From an uncultured Planctomycetota bacterium (GTDB taxonomy: Bacteria > Planctomycetota > Planctomycetia > Isosphaerales > Isosphaeraceae): DNA of 64,000 nt. A model generated the notes under the pieces. It worked only from the letters and a program-made list of their open reading frames with translations. It did no database searches and was not told the DNA's origin. The stretch is taken from assembly GCA_963737655.1 (NCBI GenBank), contig CAVTTN010000002.1, positions 4,096,001-4,160,000 of the forward strand, read 5' to 3'. Below, piece after piece: positions 1 through 9,902 of the stretch (positions within the stretch are counted from its first letter, which is position 1; every line of letters begins with the position of its first letter). The position numbers and the translations under genes were made by a program.

Positions 1-384
1 GCGAAGGCGGGTCACGCCGGTTCGATCAGCCCGACCTTCGTGAGCAAGCTGCGGAAAGACCTGGGCCTCACCGGTAACCTCCGGGCCCGCTCGAAGGCCA
101 TCGGGACGAATGGCACGAACGGCGCTTACGTGCCGTCGGCGGCGAAGTCCAGGAAGCGGTCGGCGAAGGCTCGGGACAGGACACCCTCGAAGGCCACGAG
201 CGGATCCGCATCCTCCTCCCCGTCCGGCGTCACGAAGAAGGGGGACCGCAGCCGGATGCTCGACGAGGTGGAGGCGGGGATCGACCACCTGATCTTCACG
301 CTCAAGGTCAACGGCGGCATGCCGGAGGTCGAGGCGGCCCTGCGTTCGACCAGGAGGCTGCTGACCCGGAGCCACGGGGCGTGA
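1..384 (+). CDS. Hypothetical basic protein, 5' end outside the window (planctomycete-type small protein)
   Basis: Frame 1 is open from base 1 (AKAGHAGSISPTFVSKLRKDLGL...) to TGA at 382-384. Codon usage is GC3-rich and the C-terminus is helical (MLDEVEAGIDHLIFTLKVNGG). Confidence 0.65.
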   Translation, partial: AKAGHAGSISPTFVSKLRKDLGLTGNLRARSKAIGTNGTNGAYVPSAAKSRKRSAKARDRTPSKATSGSASSSPSGVTKKGDRSRMLDEVEAGIDHLIFTLKVNGGMPEVEAALRSTRRLLTRSHGA

Positions 385-440
385 TCCCCCGATCGCCCTT
401 CAGGTTCCTCCGGCGACCGGGGGCGGCGTGCCGTGATCGA

Positions 441-734
441 CTCGGAGTGCCCGCCCCGCCCGTCCTCGTCCGACTCCTCGCCCAGCACGATCCGATCGAC
501 CAGACGGCAGGCGGCGGGATCGGCCGGGGGCGTCCACGTCACGTCCACGCAGCAGGCCCGGTGCTGCACCGCCTTCAGCAGCGACATGAAGTCCCGGGCG
601 GCGAAGGCGTGATGCTCCATGAACAGCCGCAGGGAGGCGATGCCGTCGATCCGGGCGTAGGCCGGGCGGTTCGTCACGGCGTCACGCAGCGGGGCCGGGC
701 GGGAGCGGAGGAGATCGATCCGGGGCGAAGTCAC
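441..734 (-). pseudogene. Truncated DUF3050 (heme-oxygenase-like fold) gene remnant
   Basis: Translation [20 protein letters not shown]...WTPPADP...IVLGEESDEDGRGGH resembles the DUF3050 N-terminus ([20 protein letters not shown]...IVLGEESD). Similarity stops abruptly at about 441 and conserved residues are degenerate. Confidence 0.7.
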
Positions 735-921
735 GGTGAGGTCCGACGGGGGAGTGGGGGCGTCTGTGGGATCGATTGGAGTCGAAGTGGCGTCGCTCGA
801 TCGGTCGGCCCGCCAGGATGGGGCCGAGCAGGCCGCTTCCGACGCCGCTCGGTGACGCTTACCATGTTGCGTCCGCTCGATCCGCCATGCATCGGATCGG
901 CACCATGGAATCGAGGTACGC

Positions 922-1935
922 ATGCCACGCCCGACCCTCCCGGCACTCGCCTTCTTCGGCCCGTCCCTCGCCCGTCCCCTGGCTGCCGGAGAGCCTCCGC
1001 CCCGGCCGGTCCACACCTACTCGATCGTTGCCCGAGACCCGAAGACCGGCGACATCGGCGTGGCCGTCCAATCGCACTGGTTCGCCGTGGGGCCGCTCGT
1101 GCCCTGGGCCGAGGCCGGGGTCGGAGCCGTCGCCACCCAGTCGTTCGTCGATCCGTCCTACGGCAAGCTCGGCCTCGACCTGATGCGGGCCGGGCGGTCG
1201 GGGCCGGACGCCCTCAAGGGGCTGCTCGCCGCCGACGAGAACCGGGAGGTCCGCCAGGTGGCGATCCTCGACGCCAGCGGCAAGGTCGCCGCCCACACCG
1301 GCTCGAAGTGCATACCGTCTGCGGGACACCATGTCGGCGAAGGGTACTCGGTCCAGGCCAATCTCATGCTCAACGACACGGTGTGGCCCGCCATGTCGAA
1401 GGCGTTCGAATCGTCCCAGGGCGACCTGGCCGAGCGGCTGCTCATCGCCCTCGAAGCGGCCCAGAGGGCGGGCGGCGACATCCGGGGCAAGCAGTCGGCG
1501 GCCCTGATCGTCGTCTCCGGGAAGGCGACCGGCAAGCCCTGGCAGGATCGCCTGTACGACCTCCGGGTGGATGACAACTCGGAGCCCGTGGCCGAGCTTC
1601 GCAGGCTGGTCAAGCTCCAGCGGGCCTACAACCTCATGAACGAGGGCGACCTGGCCGTCGAGCGGAAGGACCACGAGGCGGCCCTGAAGGCATACGCCGG
1701 TGCAGAGGCCCTAGTACCGGGGAACGCCGAGATGATCTACTGGCACGCCGTCGCCCTGGTGAACCTGAAGCGAGTGGACGAGTCTGTGCCATTGTTTGCC
1801 AAGATCTTCACGATGGACCCCAATTGGAAGGAACTGACCCCGAGGCTCGTCGGTGTCGGCTTGCTGCCCGATGATCCTTCCGCCTTGAAGAAGATCCTGG
1901 GCGGCGAATCGAGCCCCGCCAAGGCGGACAAATGA
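922..1935 (+). CDS. DUF1028 (Ntn-hydrolase-like) protein with C-terminal TPR
   Basis: Motifs TYSIVARDP..G.IGVAVQS, GVGAVATQS and GGDIRGKQSAAL; TPR-like helical C-terminus; signal-like N-terminus. Confidence 0.88.
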   Translation: MPRPTLPALAFFGPSLARPLAAGEPPPRPVHTYSIVARDPKTGDIGVAVQSHWFAVGPLVPWAEAGVGAVATQSFVDPSYGKLGLDLMRAGRSGPDALKGLLAADENREVRQVAILDASGKVAAHTGSKCIPSAGHHVGEGYSVQANLMLNDTVWPAMSKAFESSQGDLAERLLIALEAAQRAGGDIRGKQSAALIVVSGKATGKPWQDRLYDLRVDDNSEPVAELRRLVKLQRAYNLMNEGDLAVERKDHEAALKAYAGAEALVPGNAEMIYWHAVALVNLKRVDESVPLFAKIFTMDPNWKELTPRLVGVGLLPDDPSALKKILGGESSPAKADK

Positions 1936-1970
1936 ACGTTACCACGTCTGGCCGATCGGGAGAGATCGTC

Positions 1971-2327
1971 GTGGACAAGGTGAACCTGACCGAGAAGCTG
2001 GCACTCTTCCACGACCATTGGACCCCAAAGGTTGTCGGCGAGTTGAATGGCCAGCACGTCAAGCTCGTCAAGTTCCGGGGCGAGTTCGTCTGGCACCATC
2101 ACGACGAGGACGAATTGTTCCTGGTCGTGAAGGGGCGCTTCGTGATGGAGTTCCGAGATCGTCAGGCCCGGCTGGAGGAGGGCGAGTTCCTGATCGTCCC
2201 GAGAAGCATCGAGCATCGCCCGGTCGCCGAGGAGGAGGTTCACGTCCTGCTGTTCGAGCCTGCGGGGACGCTGAACACCGGCGACGTACAGGATGAGCGG
2301 ACAGTTCCAGACCCCGAGCGAATTCGA
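1971..2327 (+). CDS. Cupin domain protein (stop codon apparently lost, reads into the next gene)
   Basis: VDKVNL.EKL..F..HW.PK..GELNGQ.VKLVK..GEFVWHHH.EDELF...EHRPVAEEEV.VLLFEP is a typical small cupin. Similarity ends at ...PERI, followed by CGA at 2325-2327. Confidence 0.8.
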
Positions 2328-2336
2328 GGACGCATC

Positions 2337-3383
2337 ATGACCTTCGAAGTGAGCCGAATCCGTGGGGAGATCGGCCAGGCGGCCCCTCGCAGGAGGACGA
2401 GCCTCCTCGGGCTGGGCCTGCTCCTATTGATCTTCAGCCCCACGATCTCGGCGGCGATGGCGGGACCGCCCCGGTCCCGCACATTCGAGTTGACCTACCG
2501 GGCCACGGTCCAGGAGATCCCCGAAGGCGCCAAAGCCCTCGACCTCTGGCTGCCCCTTCCGCAGACCGACCGGAACCAGACGATCCATCGGGTCACGGTG
2601 GACGCACCCGGCCCCGTGACCATCGGCAGGAAAGCACGCTTCGGCAATCAATGTCTCCACGTTCGGTCAAAGTCGCCGGACGGCCCCCTGACCGTCCGCC
2701 TGACCATCGAGGCGACCCGCATCGAGGACGCCGGGACCGATGAATCCCTGAGCGACGAGGACCGGACCCGATACCTCGCAGCCGAGCCGCTGGTCCCCCT
2801 GGATGGCCCCGTCCGCGCACTCGCCGTGGAGGCGACCCGTGGACTGACGACCGACGACGCCAAGGCTCGGGCGGTCTACGAGAAGGTCGTCGGCATGATG
2901 AAGTACGACAAGACCGGCACGGGCTGGGGGCGGGGCGATGCCCTGTTCGCCTGCGATGCGAAGCGGGGCAACTGCACCGACTTCCACGCCCTGATCATGG
3001 GGATGTGCCGCTCGGTCGGCATCCCGGCCCGGTTCGCCATCGGGCTGCCGCTGCCGGCGACCCGAGGCCGGGGGGAGATCCCCGGTTACCATTGCTGGGC
3101 CGAACTGTACGTGAAGGGTCGGGGCTGGGTGCCGATCGACGGCAGCGAGGCGGCGAAGCACCCGGAGAAGCGTGACTACTTCTTCGGCCACCACGACGAG
3201 GACCGCCTCGAATTCAGCCGGGGTCGGCACCTGATCCTGGTGCCCGCCCAGCAAGGGGACACGCTCAACTTCTTCGTCTACCCTTACGCCGAGGTGGACG
3301 GCAAGCTGCACCAGGCGATCGAGCATAAGTTGGCGTTCAAGGATCTTGAGCGTCCATCGACCGGACCGGAGGCGGGCCGATGA
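2337..3383 (+). CDS. Transglutaminase-like domain protein, probably secreted
   Basis: Catalytic triad motifs GNCTDFH, YHCWAE and GWVPID; hydrophobic signal segment; own GAGGA RBS (2326-2330) and ATG at 2337. Confidence 0.85.
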   Translation: MTFEVSRIRGEIGQAAPRRRTSLLGLGLLLLIFSPTISAAMAGPPRSRTFELTYRATVQEIPEGAKALDLWLPLPQTDRNQTIHRVTVDAPGPVTIGRKARFGNQCLHVRSKSPDGPLTVRLTIEATRIEDAGTDESLSDEDRTRYLAAEPLVPLDGPVRALAVEATRGLTTDDAKARAVYEKVVGMMKYDKTGTGWGRGDALFACDAKRGNCTDFHALIMGMCRSVGIPARFAIGLPLPATRGRGEIPGYHCWAELYVKGRGWVPIDGSEAAKHPEKRDYFFGHHDEDRLEFSRGRHLILVPAQQGDTLNFFVYPYAEVDGKLHQAIEHKLAFKDLERPSTGPEAGR

Positions 3384-3682
3384 CTCGACGGAAGGTCGGC
3401 ATCTGGGTCTGGCTGCCCATCGCTCGTCTCCGGTCGTCGGGGTGGTCATCACGACGACCGGAGGGATGGTGTCAGGGCAACGGGGATGCTCCGGCGAACA
3501 AGATCGGGACGTTACGTAATTTCTGAATCAGGAGGACAACGGGTTGAACGGGGTAGAGTTCAGGGGCTTGATCGCCGTCTGACACCGTGTTTCTGTGAGG
3601 GCAACGAGCCGGGTCCGTTCCCCACTTGCCGCATCCGATTGAGGCAAGCGGTCAGATGGCCACGTCAACCGAGGAATGACCC

Positions 3683-4290
3683 ATGCGGAGCGAAGTCCGG
3701 TTCGTGATGCTGCCCGAGGTCGAAGCGGTCCTCTTCCGTCTCATCACGTCCGACGCTGGGACGGTCCTCGTCAACGGGCCGAGATGGGGCACCCCCGAGC
3801 CGCCGATCGTCGCACGGTTGGAGGACGCCGGGCCGCATCTGCTGATCTGGAGCCCGTCCGATCACGCTTCGTTGGCGGCGAATCGACACGAGAAGGATGG
3901 GAGGGTTTGGTGGTATTGCCGGGACGAGGGAGCGACGATCCAGTTTCTCCGTAGCCGACACCGACCCGGCGAGTCGTTCATCTACGAGGGGAGGCTGGCC
4001 GTGGCCACGACGCAGCGGGGCGAGCCGCCCGGCTCCGGAGTCACGGCCTCAGTCGTCCAAAGCCGCTACCTCTCCCTCAAGCGGCAGATTCAGAAGTCGT
4101 GTAGGAACAAGGTGGTCATCTGGCAGAACCGCTCGCTGCCCCGGTCGAGGACGAATCCGCTCATGCCCGATGCCGGCCTCTGGGCCGGCCCCGAGCGCTT
4201 CGCTGGCTGGAGGAGGACTCGGCGAACCGCTGGGTCCAGGTGGTGCCCGATGCCCACGCCAGGGGCTACCTGCTCGACATGGTGCCCTGA
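3683..4290 (+). pseudogene. Hypothetical protein with a -1 frameshift near 4195
   Basis: Protein-like sequence up to ...GLWAGPE continues in the -1 frame as ALRWLEEDSANRWVQVVPDAHARGYLLDMVP* (TGA 4288-4290). The ORF-track extension to 4753 is non-protein-like. Confidence 0.55.
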
Positions 4291-4544
4291 CAGACGACTG
4301 GACCCTTCCCTGGACGGCTCGAACTCGGCTATGGATTCCGCTTGCCTTCGATCGGATCGCCTGTACACTGGCTCGGTTGGGCCTAATTCGGGGGCATCGC
4401 ATGCCGCTCCGGCGAGTGCCGTGCGACCTGTTCTATGCCCGCCACGGGCAAGTTACTTGGTTCAACCGCCTGCCGGCCAGGCATCCAGATGGACAAGGGC
4501 ATTTCTGCCCGGTGGTTGGAAGCAGAACGATGAGGACCAAGGTC

Positions 4545-6668
4545 ATGGCGAAAGGACACTCGGAACAAGCCGGCCTTCTCGCCCCTGCGCCGTTCGCCTT
4601 CGCCGACCGCTTCCTGCAGGACCACGCCGGTCAGATCATCAGCGACCCACGCACGGCCGTCCTCGAATTGATCGCCAACTCCTACGACGCCAGGGCGACG
4701 AAGATCGACATCCTCTGGCCCGCCGAGAGGGGGGGGAAGTTCTCGGTCTCTGACGACGGCATCGGCATGACGATGGCCGAGTTCGAGAGGCGGTGGCGAA
4801 CCCTGTGCTACGACCGGGCGGCCGAACAGGGCACCGCCGTCGCCTTCCCGAGTGGAGTCAGAGGGGTCAAGCGAACGGCGTTCGGACGAAACGGCAAGGG
4901 GCGACACGCCCCGTTCTGCTTCGCCGATTCGTACGAGGTAGTCACGAGGAAGGGCGGAGACTCGATCCACGTGCGAGTCGAGTTGGCCTCCTCCGGGACC
5001 ACGCCGTTCGAGATTTCACATCTGGGCGGATCGAAGAAGGACGGGCACGGAACGGTGATCTCCGCCACGCTCGAAAGGCACCTGCTGGATGTCGAGGAAC
5101 TGCGGCAGTTGATCGGGTCGAAGTTCCTCGTCGATCCGTCCCTCTGCATCAACGTAAACGATTTCCCGGTTCAACTCATGGCCCTCGCAGGGTTGAAAAC
5201 GACCCTGATTCCCGTGGAGGATCACGGGGAGATCACCGTCCATTTCATCGACTCGATCGAGCATTACCGAACCTCGAAGCTCCGAGGGATCACCTGGTGG
5301 GTCAATCAGCGGAGGGTCGGCGAGCCAAGCTGGGACCGGCTCGATGAAGAGGGTGCCTACCTCGACGGGCGAACGGAACATGCGAAGAAGTTCAGCTTCG
5401 TGGTCATGGCCGACTTCCTGACGCCGGGCCAGGACGCGAAGGCCGATTGGTCGGACTTTCATGCAAACCAGCGGACGAATGCCGTGCGGGGCGCCGTGCA
5501 CCGGCACGTCATCAAGGAAATCCAGGCTCAGGCGGCGACGACCCGCAAGGAGCGGAAGTAGATCGCCATCGAGAACAGCCGAGATTTGATGGGGGAGTTG
5601 CCGACGATCTCGAAGAAGACGATCGGCCAGTTCATCGACGAGGTTCAGGAGAAGTGCCCGACGATCTCAGACCGTGAGCTCTCACGAACCGTGCAGGTCT
5701 TGGCGAAGTTGGAGCAGAGTCGTGCCGGGTACGACCTCCTGACGCAGTTGGTCGCCTGCTCGCCGGATGATCTCGACACATGGAACTCCCTGATGCAGCA
5801 GCGGACAGCGAGCAACGCCGAGATCGTGCTGAACGAACTCGACCGACGCCTGAAGCTGATCGAACGCATGGAGAAGCTGGTCGAGAACCCCCTCGCCGAC
5901 GAACTCCACGACCTCCAACCGCTCTTCGAGCGGGGCCTCTGGATTTTCGGGCCGGAGTACGAAGCCGTCGATTTCCGATCCAATCGAGGTCTGGCCAAGG
6001 TCATCGGGAGGTTCCTCGGAGGCGCCGACGACAGGCCGCCGAAGCGGAGGCCCGACTTCGTCGTCCTGCCGGAGATTTCCATCGGGGCTTACTGCGCCGA
6101 TGCGTACGATGCGGCAGGCGAAATCTCCGGCATCCGAAAGGTCGCTATACCGGAGCTGAAGAAGGGCGGCTTCTGCGTGGCTCAGAAGGAAGTCGATCAG
6201 GCTCGTGACTACTCGAAAGAGATTCGGAAAGCCGGCCGTGTCCACGCCACAACCGAGATCGTCGCTTATGTCCTCGGGGCCACGCTGGAGCAAGGCTTGG
6301 AGCAGATGCCGGTCGGCGATAAAACGACGATCATCCCGATGGTATACGGGACGGTGCTTCGCAAAGCCCACCAGCGGACATTCAATCTCCAGAAGCGCCT
6401 GCGAGAAATCCAGCCCCCGACCCTGCACGACCCGGAAGTAGAAGAAGTCCTTCGGCTCGACGGGCAGAAATCTCTGTTCGATCATCATCCAACGCCGCAG
6501 GCGAAAACCCCGTCTCAGGAAGGTACGGTCAACTCCTCAGCACTGACACCGAAAAAGGACGGCGCCGCATCACTCATGATCGGTAATTCGGCGCACAAAC
6601 CTGGGCCACCGACGAGGTGGCCAGTGTCGGGATCGCCCCGGTCCTCTGCGAATCGGGTGAGACCGTGA
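4545..6668 (+). pseudogene. GHKL (MORC/HATPase-like) ATPase fused to a PD-(D/E)xK nuclease-like domain, with in-frame TAG at 5559-5561
   Basis: GHKL boxes ELIANSYDA, DDGIGM, GRNGKG and GHGT; C-terminal RPDF...ELKKG. ORFs 3897-5561 and 5586-6668 share a frame (…RKERK*IAIENSRDLM…). RBS GAGGA precedes ATG 4545. Confidence 0.8.
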
Positions 6669-6816
6669 CCTCGCCGGTTGGAATGTGGGCTGGCTCGACG
6701 CTCCCCGGGCGAGGCCGGGGCCACGCCACTCTCGGCCGATGTTTCCTCCTGGCAGTGGTCCCGGGGTGGGGACGGCTCCCGTGGGGAGTGGTAACCGAGG
6801 ACGGGGCCTTCCTTCA

Positions 6817-7203
6817 TTACAGCAGCTTCAGTTGCCCGGTGATCGGGTCGATCCGCTCGGGGAAGTCGGGGCCGATGACGCAGCAGGTCGGCGTCGGGAC
6901 GCCGCGGAACTCGGTCCGCCCCGCATCGACGCAAAGCTGCACGAGGACGCCCGCCTCCTGGGCCCGCTGCACCACGGCGACAAGCTCCTCCTCGGAGTCC
7001 ACCCGGACGCAGACCTTGGTGAAGGCCCCGTCGAGCCAGCGGCGCTCGGCCTCGGTGAACGAGGAGCCGGGCTGGCGGATGCGGGTGGCTAGCCGGATCA
7101 TGCTGGCGTGCGCCCCCCGGGCGATCTCCTTGCCCCGCCGCATCCCCAGGTCTCGCCGCATGACGATCGCCTGCTTCGGTGCGGGCCCGTCGGTCGTTCC
7201 CAT
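6817..7203 (-). CDS. pth2: Peptidyl-tRNA hydrolase, Pth2 (archaeal/eukaryotic-type) family
   Basis: KQAIVMRRDLGMRRGK.IA.GAHAS...TKVCV.V.SEEEL...DAGRTEF.G.PT.TC..IGP....IDPITG.LKLL matches the Pth2 consensus end to end. Confidence 0.92.
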   Translation of the reverse strand: MGTTDGPAPKQAIVMRRDLGMRRGKEIARGAHASMIRLATRIRQPGSSFTEAERRWLDGAFTKVCVRVDSEEELVAVVQRAQEAGVLVQLCVDAGRTEFRGVPTPTCCVIGPDFPERIDPITGQLKLL

Positions 7204-7283
7204 CGTCGGCGCTCTCCGGCCTTCCACCCGCCCTTCCCCCGGACATGCCCGGAGGGCTCCGGGATCGGCCATCGCACCCTCGA

Positions 7284-7712
7284 TCATTTCAGCCGATCGG
7301 CGATCCGCTCCCGGAACTGCTCGCCGGTGACCTTGGAGCCCCAGGTCACCGGGATCTTCAGCAGCCGCTTCACCTCGTCGTAGGACAACCCCGCCTCGAC
7401 GAGCTTCTCCATCGTCGGCAGGAACACCTCGCCGAAGAATTCGCCCATCTTGCCTGCGACCTGACGGTCGAACGACTCGGCGGTGATCCTCGTCTTCTTC
7501 TTCCTCTCGGCATCGTCCTTCCGGGCCTTTTGATCGTCGTGAGTGTCGCCCGAGTGGCCGAGCCGGGCCTTCGCCCCCATGATCGCCGCCACCATGCCCC
7601 GCTCCTTGGCCTTGCCCACGGGCGAGCCGTCGAGGAGGGCCTTGGCGTAGGCGTAGGTGGCGAGGATGTCGAACTTCCCGATCGACACGTCTACCGGCTG
7701 CGATTTCGCCAT
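7284..7712 (-). CDS. Conserved-looking hypothetical protein
   Basis: Strong GC3 bias; protein-like sequence IGKFDILATYAYA...AKERGMVAAIMGA; co-oriented upstream of pth2. Confidence 0.7.
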   Translation of the reverse strand: MAKSQPVDVSIGKFDILATYAYAKALLDGSPVGKAKERGMVAAIMGAKARLGHSGDTHDDQKARKDDAERKKKTRITAESFDRQVAGKMGEFFGEVFLPTMEKLVEAGLSYDEVKRLLKIPVTWGSKVTGEQFRERIADRLK

Positions 7713-7810
7713 TTTGGACCCACGCTGAAGGCCGATCGTTTCCGTTGTGCCACCCGCCGCCGACCCGTGACGCTCCATCCACGTCGGTTTTGAAGTGAGG
7801 CGGTGACGGC

Positions 7811-8572
7811 TTACTCCAGCAGGTGTAACGCCCGGACCTGGGCCAAGGCCGTCTGCGGCATCACGATGCGGTGTACGAGGGGACGGAGGCCGATGCGGAC
7901 CGCCGCCCGGTATGCCCCAAGCGAGTGCCGAAGCCAGCGGCAGCGATCCAGGCCCAGCAGCTTTCGAACGTGGTCCGGCACCAGGATGCTCTGGACCCGG
8001 AGCAGGGCCTCATACCGCCACCGCCCGAGGTGCGAGCGATACCGACCGTAGAGTTCGGCGGTCAGGTCGGAGTTGGCGAGGTCTTGCTCCATGTGCCGCA
8101 GCCGGTCCTCACGCCAGGCGTGATAGGAGCCGGGCAGGTCGGGGATCGCCAGGCTCTCGCCCACCCGGAGGAACACGTCGTAGAGTTCTTCCCTCTGGGG
8201 GTCGGTCAGGGGGCGATGCAGCAGTTCATAGGCCCGCTCCGAGTAGTCGATCAGCATGTAGAGTACGTCCCGGTGAGCCCAGGCGGGGATCGTTTGGCCC
8301 CGGCTCTGCTCGACGGCCTTGTGGGCGGCCCGGATTCCGGCGAGTGTTCGCCGTGCGGTGTCTTCGTCGTCGAAGGCGATGTCCTGGGCGAAGCGGGCGG
8401 TGGAGAAGAGACGCCCCAGGGGGTCGTCGGGCAGCTTGCCCGTGTAGAAGAGCCAATCGACGGCCCGGTTCAGGGCAAACTCGGCGGCGGACCCGGCGAA
8501 GGCGAACAGGATCGTGTCGGGATCGCCCCAGATCGACCGGACGATCGAGCCTGGGGCCACGAAGGGTCGCAT
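7811..8572 (-). CDS. Oxygenase MpaB / DUF2236 family protein
   Basis: SIVRSIWG..DTILF.FAGSAAEFALN.AVDWLFYTGKLP.DPLGRLFST...IP.WA.RDVLYMLIDYS. Confidence 0.8.
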   Translation of the reverse strand: MRPFVAPGSIVRSIWGDPDTILFAFAGSAAEFALNRAVDWLFYTGKLPDDPLGRLFSTARFAQDIAFDDEDTARRTLAGIRAAHKAVEQSRGQTIPAWAHRDVLYMLIDYSERAYELLHRPLTDPQREELYDVFLRVGESLAIPDLPGSYHAWREDRLRHMEQDLANSDLTAELYGRYRSHLGRWRYEALLRVQSILVPDHVRKLLGLDRCRWLRHSLGAYRAAVRIGLRPLVHRIVMPQTALAQVRALHLLE

Positions 8573-8683
8573 CTCCACCCCACTGGTCCGGGGAGCCGGT
8601 CACGTCGGTCGTCCCGGATCGCTCGGGACGCATTGATTTCCATTGTGTCCCGTTCAGTCCGCCAACGTCCACATCGTCCCCGT

Positions 8684-9133
8684 TCACGGGGTTCGACGTA
8701 CAGGCTTCCAGCCGAGGGCGGGATGCACGGTCCCGCAACTCGGCCCGCCGTCCCTCCCCGTCCCCGGCAGCCTCGCTTCGAGGACAAGCTCCGGGTCGGC
8801 CGAGACCCGATCGATCATCTCCGGCGTGATGCCGCCCAGTGGCACCTTGAGCCTACGCTCCAAGCCGATGTCCACCTGGCCTGCAAGTCGTCCGATGTCG
8901 ATGTAGAGGAACCGACCGTCTGGAGGCCCCTGGGTCATCGGGCCGAGGAAGTTCGGCAGGCCGTCGCCACGATTGTCCTTCACCGTCACCGTGCCGTCGA
9001 AGCGAAGGTCATCCCCGTGCGACCTCTGCGTCTGAACCGTTCGGTAGTCGGCCCCTTTGCCTTCTTGCAGGCCGAGATCCACGCCAGCGGGCAGGCCTTG
9101 CAGGACGATGCGGAGCCTCAATTGGACTTCCAT
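8684..9133 (-). CDS. DUF5990 family protein
   Basis: LRIVL..LPAGVD.GLQ.GKG...PNFLGP..QGPP..RFLYIDIG...RRLKVPL.GI...LPGTG.DGGPSC. Confidence 0.75.
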   Translation of the reverse strand: MEVQLRLRIVLQGLPAGVDLGLQEGKGADYRTVQTQRSHGDDLRFDGTVTVKDNRGDGLPNFLGPMTQGPPDGRFLYIDIGRLAGQVDIGLERRLKVPLGGITPEMIDRVSADPELVLEARLPGTGRDGGPSCGTVHPALGWKPVRRTP

Positions 9134-9319
9134 CGGCGACTCCCCTTCTTGATTCATCGGCCTGGTCTTCCTCATGGTGCGACGGCCCCGCCTCGACGAG
9201 TTCCCGTTCGATCGCACGAATGGTGCTGTCCCGAGGCGTTCGACCGACTCCCGATCGGTCATCTGCTCCGTGGAGAGGGCTTCGCCATCCCCTTCTCCAA
9301 TTCGTCGAGCCGATGCGAG

Positions 9320-9873
9320 GCACGGGGCCTTCTGCGGCGAGGAGCAGGGCGACCGCATCATCCAGGGCTTTCCGCTCGGGCGACTCCGGGGCGAGCGACT
9401 TGCGTAGTTGGTAGATCCTCAGCGGGAGCGGCAGGTCGGCCGCTCGATAGGCGAAAGGCTCGTCGGGGAACTTGCGTCGGTCGTCCTGGATCGCCTCCAG
9501 TTAGCGGTAGCCATGCTCACGGGTCGGCTCGATGCAGGTGCCCTCGCCGAAGTCGTTCCAGGAGGCGATCTGGACGATCCGGCTCCCCGACGCCAAAGCC
9601 CGTTCCAGGGTGTGCCGGAAGGTCTCGCCGTTGCGGGCGTCGAGGTAGCCGTGCGAGGGTTGCGTGCCCGCCTCCTTGTAGATGTCGCGGAAGCCGGGGA
9701 AGGCGCAGCCGACCTTCAGGCCGTCCTGCTTCCCGAGGCGGTCGAGGTAGGCGTCGAGTTCCCTGAGATCGAGCTTGCCGTCCTTCGACGCCCACATCGG
9801 GGGCCAGGCGAAGCTGCCGATCGCAGGGGCTCGCCGCTCGTGAAGGGTCAGGAACGCCGGGGCCTGTTTCATC
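9320..9873 (-). pseudogene. C-terminal remnant of a GH71/GH99-like glycoside hydrolase
   Basis: AFPGF.DIY...RNGETF..TL..A....IVQIASWNDFGEGT.IEPT.E.GYR; in-frame TAA at 9501-9503 followed by LEAIQ...LPLRIYQLRK. The 5' part is cut off at the IS end. The 3' boundary is approximate. Confidence 0.7.
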
Positions 9874-9902
9874 TGACCTGCCCCCGAATTCTGGTCCAGG
9901 GG

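Noticed and set aside
3897..4544. Long N-terminal extensions in the ORF track (e.g. 3897, 7782, 9361, 22172, 29756, 32707)
   Set aside because: High-GC open-frame artefacts overlapping neighbouring genes; recognisable domains and RBSs begin at the downstream starts I used.
5559..5561. Amber recoding (pyrrolysine or alternative code) of the in-frame TAG
   Set aside because: TAG is a normal stop in intact genes here (25008, 25153), no recoding machinery is seen, and the region is full of other lesions.
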